64,000 bases of DNA from Octopus bimaculoides (taxonomy: Eukaryota): positions 69,245,984 to 69,309,983 of the forward strand of contig NC_068991.1 in assembly GCF_001194135.2 (NCBI RefSeq), written 5' to 3'. Numbering within the stretch: the first letter of the stretch is position 1; each line of letters starts with the position of its first letter. The notes beneath the pieces were generated by a model. That model had not been told where the DNA came from, did no database searches, and was given only the letters and a program-made list of their open reading frames with translations. The position numbers were made by a program, and so were the translations under genes. Positions 40,096-53,426 of the stretch are shown here, one piece after another.

Positions 40096-40707
40096 CCCAC
40101 TGAACTGTGATATCAACCACTGATTATTAAAAGCGATCCCTAGATTTCCTTCACGTCAACTATATATTCTTGTATGCAACACTCACGTATCATATATGTA
40201 GTAGCATGAATTGCTTTCGAACTGAAACTAGTTATTTGTTCTCTTTTTCTGTTCATGATATTTCCATGGTCAATTTGATATTTTGAGGCCGGTTGGAAGA
40301 AATTTTCTTTTCAGTGTAACCGCAATATTAAACTAATGTTTCTATCAGATTTTCAAATTTAAATAATTTGAATTTTATTTTTTAAATAAATATTTCTTCA
40401 CAAATAACCTTTATAAATATTTAATTTCAACTACCTGTCTTAAGTGATCCATCCCCTTTTATACATTTCTTTTGTGTCATAAAATCTTTATTTCTTTTTT
40501 TACATTTTTCTTTTATTAAATCCATGCTGATATTCATTCCAGAATACAAGGATTGACTTCATATATTATATTTTTTTCAAAGCTATCCAAATATAAAGAA
40601 TGACATTTCGTTTAGTTGCTCCTATTCAATGGGTTCGTTTTCAAGATATTTCAATATAGAAATAAAAGAACGGAAAAAAAAATATTATGACAAAAGAAAT
40701 AAGAAAA

Positions 40708-40745
<38 letters not shown>

Positions 40746-41050
40746 TTATTATTAATAATAATAATAATAACAGCAACATTAATAATGCAAAAAAATAAAT
40801 AAAGGAAATATAAAAAGAAAGAGACAATCGTAGACGATTACTATAATTACATGAAAACATCTTGTGTGATGTGGTGGTAATTAAACTAAAATGCCAGTAA
40901 ATGTCTCCAATTTTACATGGGAATGCTGTACCAAAGCTCCAAGACAAAAGATAAAAAGCTCGACATGACATTCATGTTGGTTGGAATTCCATCTACATTA
41001 TATCGTGTCTCTCAGTGTGTAATCCACCTATTGAGGAAGACAGAATGATA

Positions 41051-41106
<56 letters not shown>

Positions 41107-41322
41107 GGTATGAAGAATGTAATACACATAGATATATATCATCTCATATATATACATACACCTTTCTACACCCGTTTACAACCACATACTCATGTCATCA
41201 TATGTACCAACCCACATCTACTCAAACAACGAAGTGAACATACACATATAAATATATATTTATGCATATATATGTATGTATATGTATATATACCTGTATA
41301 TATATATATGTGTGTGCAAATA

Positions 41323-41360
<38 letters not shown>

Positions 41361-41528
41361 AACACACATATATATATATACGTGTATATATATATTAACA
41401 TATCTATAATATGCATATATACACAATATATATATGCGTACTTCTTTAAATATGCATACAAGTGTACGTATGTGCATGATTTTAAGACGTGTGTGTAGTT
41501 GTGTATATGAGAGAGAGTGAGTATGTAT

Positions 41529-41564
<36 letters not shown>

Positions 41565-42145
41565 GTGTGCGTGCGCGCGTGTGTATGCTGATGTGTTTGA
41601 ATGCAGAAGCTTTTATATCGTAATTCAATAAACATTTCATATTTTTTTCAATATTTACTTGTGATTTCGTATACTTAAAAAAAAAATTGTCTTATACGAT
41701 TTTTTAAATTTTGTGGTTGAAAGATATTAAAAGATGGATTTTGTTAACATAGAGATGATGTTTTAGATTTAAGTGACTTTATCAGCAAGATGCCTTAGAT
41801 ATGTATGAAGAGTGTAACGATAGGAAAGCTGAATCATATTGCAAGAATTTCAGAGATAAAGTAACTATTGTAAAGTTCTATTGTGTACTCCAAGAGTGAG
41901 ACACCACTCTATGCACTGTTGTAGTTAAACAAAACAGTAGTAACCGATATCAGAACGTTATTAGCACCTCTTCAGTCACTCCATTCCCCCTATTTTAGTG
42001 CTACAGTAAAAGGAAATTTCCTGAAGCATTTATATTAATTTTACCTGACGATTGGACCTTGTCCACAAGAACGTAACAAAAGCGTGAATAATGCTATTTA
42101 ACCCAGCGAATTTCCTTTTCAATTTGAGGTTGGGTGTACCTTTTG

Positions 42146-42586
42146 TCTTTAACTTGTTTCAGTCATTAGGTTTAGGTCATGCTGGAGCACCGCCTTGAAT
42201 AAGTTTTAGTCGATTGACGGTATTTCATTACGTATGATACTTATTCTATCGGTATTTTTTGCGATCCGCTACACACCAATTTTAACGCACCAACACCGAC
42301 TGTCAGACGGTGGTGGGGGACAAACACAAACACAAAGACACACATAGATGCAAACACACAGACACATACATACACAAAGATACACACGCACACGCACCCA
42401 TATACATACACAAACACATACACACACATACGGCGGAGACGAGCTTCTTTCAATTTCCGTCTACCACATTTACTCACAAAGCTTTGATCAGCACGAGGCT
42501 ATAACAGAAGTTAGTTGCCCAAAGTTCCACGCAGGGGGAGTGAACCCGGAACCATGTGGTTGTGAAGTGAGTTTCTTACCACACAG
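42146..42586 (-). mobile_element. SINE family A, full length, diverged
   Basis: Tail, internal (CA)n and head all recognisable; a plus-strand tail fragment follows at about 42700-42780. Confidence 0.85.
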
Positions 42587-43344
42587 TTTCGGTTTCAGTA
42601 CCTCCTGCGCCACTACTCGTCAAATCCCTTTTACTATATATCCGTGCCGACAAATGCCTTCTAAGGAAAATTTTGAGTTCAGATTCGGCCGAAGAACCTG
42701 TGAAAGAACTCGCGGTGCTTCAGCATGGCCGCAGTCAAATGACTTATACAAATATAAGTATAAAAGAATAAAAAAAAAATAATAAAGTAAATACCAGACT
42801 TTAAAACAAGAAGAAGAACTGGATTCGAGTTGTTTAACTAAACCTGAATATAAGTAAAAGTTAACAGATATTCTGCGAGTATTCTGTACAGAACTGGAGT
42901 AATTTATTTTTAAAACGTATTGTTAGCACTTCGAATTGTCCGCGTCACCTTCGTTAGTTTTATGTTGCTTTATATTGTTATTATACCCAGTTCATTCACC
43001 TGTTGACTTTTACTATAAAAACGCTTCTTAGGCAACATAATAACATTAGAATTAAATTATTGTTGTTAAGAAACCTTGCAGCGCACCCTAAGAAAGATAT
43101 AAATAATAGTAAAGTATAGAAGACAGAAATGTATTTAGAAGAAAAAAAAAAGGAAAAAAAAAAAGGAAAAAAAGGAAAACTCATCAGCTTTGAATTAATT
43201 AATTTCGAGACATCCCTCGAGATTGTTCGTGACAATCTAACGTATCGCGAGACGCAGTTTGGAAAAGCATGGCTCTATATTCTTCCGAACACAATGATAC
43301 CTATGTACATTCACACACACAGAATCACATATTTATAAATAATA

Positions 43345-43381
<37 letters not shown>

Positions 43382-43693
43382 NNNNNNNNNNNNNNNNNNN
43401 NNNNNNNNNNNNNNNNNNNNNNNNNNNNNNNNNNNNNNNNNNNNNNNNNNNNNNNNNNNNNNNNNNNNNNNNNNNNNNNNNNNNNNNNNNNNNNNNNNNN
43501 NNNNNNNNNNNNNNNNNNNNNNNNNNNNNNNNNNNNNNNNNNNNNNNNNNNNNNNNNNNNNNNNNNNNNNNNNNNNNNNNNNNNNNNNNNNNNNNNNNNN
43601 NNNNNNNNNNNNNNNNNNNNNNNNNNNNNNNNNNNNNNNNNNNNNNNNNNNNNNNNNNNNNNNNNNNNNNNNNNNNNNNNNNNNNNNNNNNNN

Positions 43694-43738
<45 letters not shown>

Positions 43739-43920
43739 ATATATATATGTATATATACGTATATGTATATACGTATACATATATAATATATATATTTATG
43801 TGTGTATACATACAAGCTTATATATGTATGTATGTAGAAACAAATATGCATACATCCATACAACCCCCAAACACGCAAATCTAAATACACGTTAACACGC
43901 AAACTTATACAGACAGACAG

Positions 43921-43954
<34 letters not shown>

Positions 43955-45015
43955 ATACACTCAAACATGCGCGTGCGCAGATACATGTTTGGGAACAATG
44001 TGATTTCTAGTTCGACGCAACTGCTCAGCAATTTCCTTCTAACCCATTGTGTTATGTGTATATTACATCATGTCTTTCGTTGCAACACCGAATGCGTAAA
44101 CTTACGCGATCAGTTGATGGATAAGTTAGAATTCCTAAATACGTGACAATTGAAATATATTCGAGAACTCTCTCAAGTTAGTGAGTGTTTCTTAGATGCG
44201 AAATAGCATTTCCATAATTTTGATATTTCTCAGATGCGCAAGCCGCAAGAACAATTCCGAGTGAGTTGAGCTTTCTACGATATATTAGAATTCAGATATA
44301 CAAGTATTGCTTGATGTACGACAAACTCTCACGTTTACGAGTGTAAAGGATTTTGTAAAACTACTGGACATTTCGCCAAACAGTCAAGATTCCCAGATAA
44401 ATGAGGAGACATATGTTCTTTCTGACCACAAACCTGTCTATATTTACCAGATAGGCGTGTTTTCCGAAATACGTATCCTCTTTGATGAACGAGAATATTC
44501 AAACGAGTAATTATAGCCGGTTATCTGAGCATTACGAAGGATATGTTATGTTCTAGGTTTATTCGGATGACAAATTGAAGTCAAACGAATTGTTACAATT
44601 ATCTCCGTTGTCTAACAACTGGAAGAAATGAATAACGAGTCTGCTTCTCACTAAGCGAAACTGAAATATATAATATGGAAATATATCTTTATTTTCACCA
44701 GAGGATATGTTTCTCCTATCTTAGAGACATAAAGTCATGCGTATATATTACGCAAACACGTAGATACACACACAAACGCTCACGTACAGGCCCTTACGCA
44801 GAGATGCTCAAAGAGAGGCACTCTGGCAGACATAAAAATGCATTTCTCATGCTACAAATTACGTTATATTTGAATAGGCATTGTCTTGCGTTGAGGGTCT
44901 CCGGTCTACGATCGTTATAACATCGGACACTAGATCTGATGGAACAAAATACGAAAAGAAATTCACAGATGATCTCAAAATTATAAGTTTCACGAAAAGT
45001 TATTTGATCCTTGGA

Positions 45016-45090
<75 letters not shown>
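45016..45090. repeat. (AAT)n array, left part of the R4/Dong target
   Basis: 25 perfect AAT units. Confidence 0.95.
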
Positions 45091-45780
45091 TGAATAAAAC
45101 AACAGAATAGACAACACAGCAGAAAGTGTTAAGTGCAGAATCTGTGGACAAAACGGTGAAACCGTAAGGCATATTACCAGCCAATATACGCCACTAGCCC
45201 AGAAGGAACATAAGTGACGCCACGACAATATAGCCAAGCTTGTCCATTGGACCCTCTGCAACAAGTATGGACTTGACAGAGCCAAAAATTGGTACGACCA
45301 CAGACCTGAAGGCATCGTCGAAAATAGAAATGCAAAGATCCTATGGGATTTTATGATTCCCTGCCACCATGAGATAGAGAATAGGAAACCGGACATAGTC
45401 TTAATTGAGAAAGAAAACAAACGATGTTGGATCATAGATATAGCATTCCCAGCTGACAACAAGGTATGCGATAAGGAAGAAAGAAAAGTCGAGAGATATG
45501 ACATGTTAGCTTGGGAGGTTGAGAAGTTGTGATCGCTGAAAAAGATGGTTGTAGTGCCAATAATTCTCGGAGCCCTAGGAACAGTGAGCAAAAATCTTGA
45601 GAAGTACGTGGAACAAATAGGGGCTGCAATAAGGGTGGAGCACTTGCAGAAAACAGCACTGCTTGGAACCGCTCAAATACTCCGGAAGGTGCTCGAAAAA
45701 TAAGAGGTGTTACCTTAGTTCACTGGTAGTGAACAGCTGACACTGTAGTACATCTCCAGCGTTAGAAACTGTGCAAAGGC
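45091..45780 (+). mobile_element. 5'-truncated R4/Dong-clade non-LTR retrotransposon (zinc knuckle, restriction-like endonuclease, 3' UTR), pseudogenised
   Basis: One frame, 45101-45703, reads NRIDNTAESVKCRICGQNGETVRHITSQYTPLAQKEHK*RHDNIAKLVHWTLC...ILWDFMIPCHHEIENRKPDIVLIEKENKRCWIIDIAFPAD...KVERYDML..EVEKL*...VPIILGALGTV..NL...LQKTALLGTAQILRKVLEK*. It contains a CCHC knuckle (last C mutated to Y) and the R-K-P-D...D RLE motif. In-frame stops are at 45215 and 45530. Confidence 0.92.

Positions 45781-45866
<86 letters not shown>
45781..45866. repeat. (AAT)n array, right part of the R4/Dong target
   Basis: About 28 AAT units with one ACT interruption. Confidence 0.95.
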
Positions 45867-48850
45867 GTTTCCGTCATGAGTGCTTTATCTTTTGGAACAA
45901 ATGTGAGCTATAAACAGTTCATCACATTCTAAACTTCCTGCAGCCGTTCTTTAGATTCACAAAAGGCAGCGGGCATTATTCTTTTCATCAGGTAGTACTC
46001 GAATTTATTTCTGCCTTATATCCTCTCTCTGTCAGTAAGACACCCAAAGTGAATGCTAGCATTGGTGTCTGTATGCACTTGTTGAAGAGGTGATTTTTGC
46101 TCTCCTTCAAATTTGTCTTTGTGCCTATACTTTGGTTCTCCGTCCAAGCGTTGGCCATTATGTAGCTGGTTGTAGTTGCATCGTACGAGAAGACAAATGA
46201 CTCATATATACACATAAATATCTGAGCCATCTAAGGTGATACTTTTCTAGTGTGAATTCAAAAACAATAATGGTAGGTGGCTCGGCGGAGGATTTTAGTT
46301 TCCATGATCGGATCTATCCAGGAGAAAGGCAGCATTTTTCCGAGACACTAAGTTTTATAACATCATTCTCTTAATCTGTCATCATATTTATTCTCCATGA
46401 CTCGCATCCATACATGAGAGTTGGAACACATACTGTTTGGTAAAGGAGAACATTGAATGGAGGCTACGATGATTCTGAAACCTTTCTAAGATCACAATGT
46501 GTATCTGAGATGTTTTAGAGACACCTCATTCAGTGTGCATCTGTTGGAAGTGAAATGTCCCTGAATTTGTGTATCTGAAGTGGAGAAGGTTCGCAATTTG
46601 TTACTGTTTCACTGATAATAAGGAGAAAAGTAAAACGTGTAAGTTTGCCTTCAGCAGATAATCTAAGTTCAATTGTCAATACTTTCTCTTTTAAATTTTA
46701 ATGGCAGCAGATACAATGACTCATAGGACTACCATGGCGTCATTTCTTAGAGTAAGGTTTTCAGCATATTGTAGCTCAAAAACTATTCACATTTATAAAC
46801 ACAGAAGGTCTCTAGTGACTCCTCCAGATGACTGCGAGCATAGTTGCAAGATCTTTGTTAAAAAATATGTTTATCTTTATTGATAATGGATAATATAAGA
46901 CTGAAAAGAATCGAGACTTGAAAAGATTAGTCCTTGAAATACCTACATACCTATGTCAGCTATTATTCCTTATAGTTCACTGCTTTTACATGGCTTCCCA
47001 GCGATTGAATCCTATGCAGTTTGATGCTCATCAAAGAAATACAAGTGTGAGAAGTGCGAAGACACTTGTAAATATGGCATTTGGAAATGTGGATTAACTT
47101 CCATTGACTGAGATTAGCATTTCAGGCTGTATAAGACTCCGATATTATGTTGCAACTCTTTATCAGTGATAACTTTGAGTAAATGTTTAAGAAAGGGGAG
47201 GACATTCGTAACATCTTCATATAAGTGTATTTGGTAAGACGTTACAACCTGATCAGTGTTGTATAGAATGAAGGTTTTTTTTCAATACATAATTAGATTC
47301 CGTGATTCTTCGAGTCTTTTAGAGAGGAGATGATGAAGAAATTTGTAACGGTGTATTTGTATTTTGAAGAAATGCAATACGGATTAACCACAGACAGATG
47401 TAACGTTGCTTGGATGTCCTTAACGTTAAATAGTTTCCAGAGAGCAAGATAGTTACCTTTTTAAAAGTTCTGAAAAATCATTTTATTAGTTCATATGAAA
47501 GCTTTCTTCTCAGTGTTGTCTTACGGATGGCCGCTGAATAATAAAAATGATGCTAATGTAGAAACCTTTCAGACGTTTAGGATCGTAATATCTGGTGTGT
47601 TGAGAGTTAATAAGATATTTTGATAGTGACTGCGACATTCTGCACTCATATCACTCTACTTCAACTAGATTTCTTCATCAACTGCATCATTATCATACCC
47701 ATTACAACATAATGATGATGGTGACAACGACACCGACGACGACGATTATCATCATAACCATGATCATCATCCTCATCATCGTCGTCGTCATCATCATCTC
47801 TTCCTCACCATCGTCATCATCAGTAGCATATCCCGATAACGTTTGATGTCTTTTGAGACAAATGGAAACCAATTTTTCTCCAAACAAGCTAAATTAACTT
47901 CAGTATACTTTCTGACATATTTTCACTCTTATTAGTCTTTGGCGAAGATTCAACTTATTTTTCTCATGCTAATTAAGCACACAATTTAGATGTGACGATT
48001 CTCTCTACCAAAAATTCCTAATGCGCATAATTCACTCTTATCTATTTAGAAGTTATTACCTCAACCAAATCGCGTTTGACTATTGAAGACACCTGATACC
48101 TCTTCTGTGATACATGCGATATATTTGCCAAAACATTGCAGCATTTTAAAAAGGTCACAAGCTATTATCATTCGTAGCATGCGGTGTAGGTTCAATTTCA
48201 ATTTTTCCTTGAAGCATTTCAGCTTGAAGTGTTTGTAATAATTTTCTCGAAGTATAGTATTTCTACTAATCCATGTCCCTGTGATATATAAATCATAATT
48301 AATAATTTGGATAGGGAGAGTCTTCTCACACACTCAACGATATTAGTGTACAAGCATTTTATGTACTAATACGCAAGAATTTAATAGCTTTTGAAAGTTT
48401 ATGTCATGTGATATAATCATTATCATTTCAATGGAAATCATATGGCACTTTGAACGGAAATATATATACTGTATTGAATTCTTATGCCAAGAAATAATAT
48501 CAAATGATGGTAAGAATACTTCTAGGTGAAAAATACGATTTTCTGTGTGCATGATCCAATGACACAATGACTGGAAACATCTTATCGGGAAACAAGAATT
48601 TAAAGTACACCAGATTCTTTATCTGTTGAATTATATAACTTACTCTCCCACAGTAAAATGGAAACTCAGTTTAATAAGTAGTTAAGAACCTTTGCATGGA
48701 TACTAAAGATTGTTCGTTTCATTCTGACATGAGAAAAGGCTCCATCAGGAAATGGTTTCAAGATCTAAATACATTTTTTGAACAGTTGCAATGAATCCAA
48801 TTCCAATGATAATGCAGCTTTCACGCCTTTCTTCTTGTGAACATAAATGG
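45867..48850 (-). mobile_element. Ancient near-full-length RTE (BovB-like) LINE: APE, linker, RT and C-terminus; heavily decayed; interrupted by (GAT)n at about 47700-47830
   Basis: Ordered remnants on the minus strand, with expected RTE motifs in brackets: RRE...GIGFIAT (GVGFAI), TIFSIHAK (TIISAYAP), FRSKCHMI/NDYIT (HPRSKHWHLIDYI), ITEEVSG, STFPNAIFT (ST.D.IFT), LYFFDEHQTA*DSI (FID..KAFDS), ELQYAEN (YADD), LLYQTVCVPTLMYGCESW, LRWL, GQRLDGEPKYRHKD, TDR. Confidence 0.75.
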
Positions 48851-49055
48851 AATGATTGAAATATCTAAAATGCTTAAAGTCCGTTACTCGTTGCTCTACT
48901 TGTTGGTTTACAATACAAATAATCGCGGACAAGAGAAGTAGACATGCTAATGAGTAAGCCTTTTATGTAATCTCTTGACGTGCTAGATATAATAAAGCAA
49001 TTCAACCAAATCACATTCTACTGTCTTTAAAATGATTAGAAGCAAAATTTCAGAT

Positions 49056-49270
49056 GAATTTGTCCCGCTGCACCGCTTGACAACCGTTGTTGGTGTGTTC
49101 AGCTGTTGTTCGGCAAAATTGACCGAGAGAGTTAGAACGAGGCTTTACAAAAGAATAAATACTTGAGCTGATACACTCAACTACAAAACAAACAAAAAAA
49201 AATCTTCTAGGAGTTGCTGACACCGGGAATGGGCGCACGATAGTGACTGAAACGAGCAAAAATAAACAAA
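49056..49270 (+). mobile_element. SINE family A, 3' half, diverged
   Basis: CGCTTGACAACCGTTGTTGGTGTGTT...TTCGGCAAAATTGACCGAG...GGGCGCACGATAGTGACTGAAACGAGCAAAA. Confidence 0.7.
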
Positions 49271-49795
49271 AAAAAAAGGGAGAGAAAAGGAGGCCCTAAC
49301 CAAAGTGTAGATAATCCTTTTTAATTCCAGAGACTAAAAGGAAGAGTAGACACAGTTATATCTGATATTAATTGCAACAATAGGGTCAGGTACTGAGTCC
49401 GTAATTCTATAAATTCATAGAAATGCAACTTGTATAATAATCCTGTCTTTGATTTCAAAGCAAAGATGATTTCATTTACATATGATGTATGTTGAAAATT
49501 TAATCGGTGTGACGATTCAGATTTAAGTGCGGACGAAGATGTCATGAGACGTGCAGTCCAGTACACCGATTCTAAATCGTCATTTGATCTACCAAAAGCA
49601 GTAGTGAAAACATTCTGGAGTTCAATTATAGTAATTAAAATCATTCACTATCCCCCACCATAAAGGAACAAGATGACACTTCAGATAATAAATGTTTGCC
49701 TAATTAAGTTCTCCTAAGAATTAATGAACGGTTGGTCTCGTTTTAAACCTCTTTAATTATAAGACAACTAAGTACCTGTTTTTAAGGGTATATGC

Positions 49796-49835
<40 letters not shown>

Positions 49836-50300
49836 NNNNNNNNNNNNNNNNNNNNNNNNNNNNNNNNNNNNNNNNNNNNNNNNNNNNNNNNNNNNNNNNN
49901 NNNNNNNNNNNNNNNNNNNNNNNNNNNNNNNNNNNNNNNNNNNNNNNNNNNNNNNNNNNNNNNNNNNNNNNNNNNNNNNNNNNNNNNNNNNNNNNNNNNN
50001 NNNNNNNNNNNNNNNNNNNNNNNNNNNNNNNNNNNNNNNNNNNNNNNNNNNNNNNNNNNNNNNNNNNNNNNNNNNNNNNNNNNNNNNNNNNNNNNNNNNN
50101 NNNNNNNNNNNNNNNNNNNNNNNNNNNNNNNNNNNNNNNNNNNNNNNNNNNNNNNNNNNNNNNNNNNNNNNNNNNNNNNNNNNNNNNNNNNNNNNNNNNN
50201 NNNNNNNNNNNNNNNNNNNNNNNNNNNNNNNNNNNNNNNNNNNNNNNNNNNNNNNNNNNNNNNNNNNNNNNNNNNNNNNNNNNNNNNNNNNNNNNNNNNN

Positions 50301-50400
50301 TCCAACCAACCAACCAGCCAACCAACCAACCAAGGAACGAACCAACCAGCCAACCGACCGACCGACCAGCCCACCAACCAGTCAACCAACAAACCAACGA
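50301..50400. repeat. (CCAA)n tetranucleotide repeat
   Basis: Visible directly. Confidence 0.9.
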
Positions 50401-50919
50401 TTCCACCATCACCTCTGCAACTTTCACTTCTGTCACCACCAACATAAACACAACCCTTACGGCTCTCCGTTTCCAACATGAAACAAAAAAAATATAAAAT
50501 TAAATAACATAAAGTAGAAGAAAAGTAACAACAAAGACAAACAAGTATGCAAGGGTAAAAAAAAAAACAATAAAGACAGGAACGTCCATATTGGATTTTG
50601 AATTTTATATTTTGTTTCGTTCTAGTTTAATTATTTTCCTTCCGTTCGTTGAAGAATTATTTTTTTGTAGTATTTAATTTTATTAACTCCCCTCCCGCCA
50701 GCTAATGACCTTAAGTGTCAATAATATTAAAATGTTATTAATTTCAACTATTTTAATCATAATCATTTGATATTTGCTGACAAAGCCATTTTATTTCAGT
50801 TCAGCTTTAATTCATTCATCATTTATTCAGTTAATTATTTATTTAGTAATTATTTAGTTTGTTATACATTTTATTTATATATTTATTTTGTTTGCACTTA
50901 TCGTATTTATTATTGTCAC

Positions 50920-50980
<61 letters not shown>

Positions 50981-52586
50981 GCCGTATTTGTTACCATTTT
51001 TTAAAAANNNNNNNNNNNNNNNNNNNNNNNNNNNNNNNNNNNNNNNNNNNNNNNNNNNNNNNNNNNNNNNNNNNNNNNNNNNNNNNNNNNNNNNNNNNNN
51101 NNNNNNNNNNNNNNNNNNNNNNNNNNNNNNNNNNNNNNNNNNNNNNNNNNNNNNNNNNNNNNNNNNNNNNNNNNNNNNNNNNNNNNNNNNNNNNNNNNNN
51201 NNNNNNNNNNNNNNNNNNNNNNNNNNNNNNNNNNNNNNNNNNNNNNNNNNNNNNNNNNNNNNNNNNNNNNNNNNNNNNNNNNNNNNNNNNNNNNNNNNNN
51301 NNNNNNNNNNNNNNNNNNNNNNNNNNNNNNNNNNNNNNNNNNNNNNNNNNNNNNNNNNNNNNNNNNNNNNNNNNNNNNNNNNNNNNNNNNNNNNNNNNNN
51401 NNNNNNNNNNNNNNNNNNNNNNNNNNNNNNNNNNNNNNNNNNNNNNNNNNNNNNNNNNNNNNNNNNNNNNNNNNNNNNNNNNNNNNNNNNNNNNNNNNNN
51501 NNNNNNNNNNNNNNNNNNNNNNNNNNNNNNNNNNNNNNNNNNNNNNNNNNNNNNNNNNNNNNNNNNNNNNNNNNNNNNNNNNNNNNNNNNNNNNNNNNNN
51601 NNNNNNNNNNNNNNNNNNNNNNNNNNNNNNNNNNNNNNNNNNNNNNNNNNNNNNNNNNNNNNNNNNNNNNNATATATGTATATATATATATATGGATGAA
51701 TGTATATATTCATATATACGCAGTCTGCAAATACTCGCACGCTATGACAAAACTATGATAATACACACATGCGGAGACAAAGGGGATCATACGCATTAAC
51801 GATACCAAAATACAATGAAAGTCAGTCAGACACACACGCATACATAAATACAGACATTCATATCGCACACATACGTGCAAAAAAACAAAAATAAAAATTC
51901 ATATATATATATACATACATAGACGGAAACAGACGCACACGCAGCGCAGTAGCAAAAACTACAAGTATCACAACAGCAACAACAACAACAGCAACAATAA
52001 TAATCACAAAACAGAAAGAATTCATAATTACAAGCCTGTTTACATTGACAAGTATTACCTGTTTTGGAAATAGCTAATAAACTGTAAATTATCGATTCTA
52101 AATCAATAATCACTCAGAATGAATTAAACTCATTTTGTAATATTTTTTTTAAACATAATATTTATATTTTGCTTCATATTGTTATTTTTTAATTATTATA
52201 TAATGGCTAACTTGCTTCGGCTTCATTTAATTCTCATTAATTGACACCAGTATATAAAATGAAATAAATAAAAATAAAAATAACTTGAAATAAAGGAAAA
52301 AAATCTATCAGAAAACATTCAATACAATGATATTGTATCATTGATCTTCTGTTGATATTATTGATACTATTATCATAGTTGTTTTTGTTTTTGTTTATCA
52401 ATAACAAAGAGCTCAGCATAGATTCATTTATTTATTTATTTATTTTTCATAGTACCAACATCACGATTAGTGATCTGAAATTGTGCAGCATTTATAGACA
52501 GTCAAGTGATGGCTACAAATACTAAGTATATATTTGTCTTGCTAAGCATAGAAATGCGCATATATATATATATATATGTATGTGTG

Positions 52587-52707
<121 letters not shown>

Positions 52708-52804
52708 CCAATTCCCAGCCCTCTTTCACACGCACATAGTACCCTCCTACAAACGCGCACCTTCATTTTGGGATCACTACTACTTTGTTATCTCACCTTC
52801 TTCT

Positions 52805-53034
52805 TAGCTCTCCTGTCTGACCCTTCTGTCCGGCATTCGCCATGGTAGATCGCTAACTACTACACACTTTTTTTCTCTGCTTGTTTTTCTCTTTGTTTCT
52901 TTATGTGATCCTTTCTGTGGAAGAGCGTAGGCTCGAAACGTTAAAGACGTTTTCCGTTCCCGTGCGTTATGCTAATAAATCTGTTTCTTTTCTACTGCAC
53001 CTGTCTTCGTCTTTTGTGTTTTTGTGAATTCTCC

Positions 53035-53035
<1 letters not shown>
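52805..53035 (+). mobile_element. Probable Penelope-like pseudo-LTR fragment with a degenerate hammerhead motif at 52911-52946
   Basis: T-rich tract, then CTTT CTGTGGA A GAGC gtag GCTC GAAA CG T T AAAG, then AATAAA about 30 nt downstream; this is the usual layout of PLE termini. Confidence 0.5.
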
Positions 53036-53081
<46 letters not shown>

Positions 53082-53426
53082 TATTTGTGGCCGCGGGATT
53101 GTTTTGAGGAATGACGTTCACCTAGCAAACTTTTGGATCAAGGTAGGATTTCATAGTATGGTCCGTTGCGCAGATGTTAATCCTGTTCAATTTCCACCAA
53201 TGCGTGTTCATATGGGGTTCTGCCCAGACGCATATAGAACGTTTTGTGAACTTATGAGAGGATAGAGCGGCAAGCGAATCGATATTAAGCCGTGTCGATT
53301 TCGTAAGAGCGTCCGACAGACATGCACAAGCGTAACGATACAGATTAATACGCTTGTACACACACATATATTCCCGTCGAACTACAGAAACATATACACA
53401 CATATTTAGGCATATATCTCTTTACA

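Noticed and set aside
46290-46330. HDRIYPGE, resembling TIR box 2, on the plus strand
   Set aside because: Isolated match bounded by stops; it lies antisense within the RTE remnant.
48061-48567. LRR/Toll-like reading of ORFs 48343-48567 and 48061-48333
   Set aside because: The same bases fit, in order, RTE endonuclease and linker motifs collinear with the downstream RT remnants.
49321-49644. 107-aa minus-strand ORF as a host exon
   Set aside because: No recognisable domain and no convincing donor site; it cannot be supported without RNA data.
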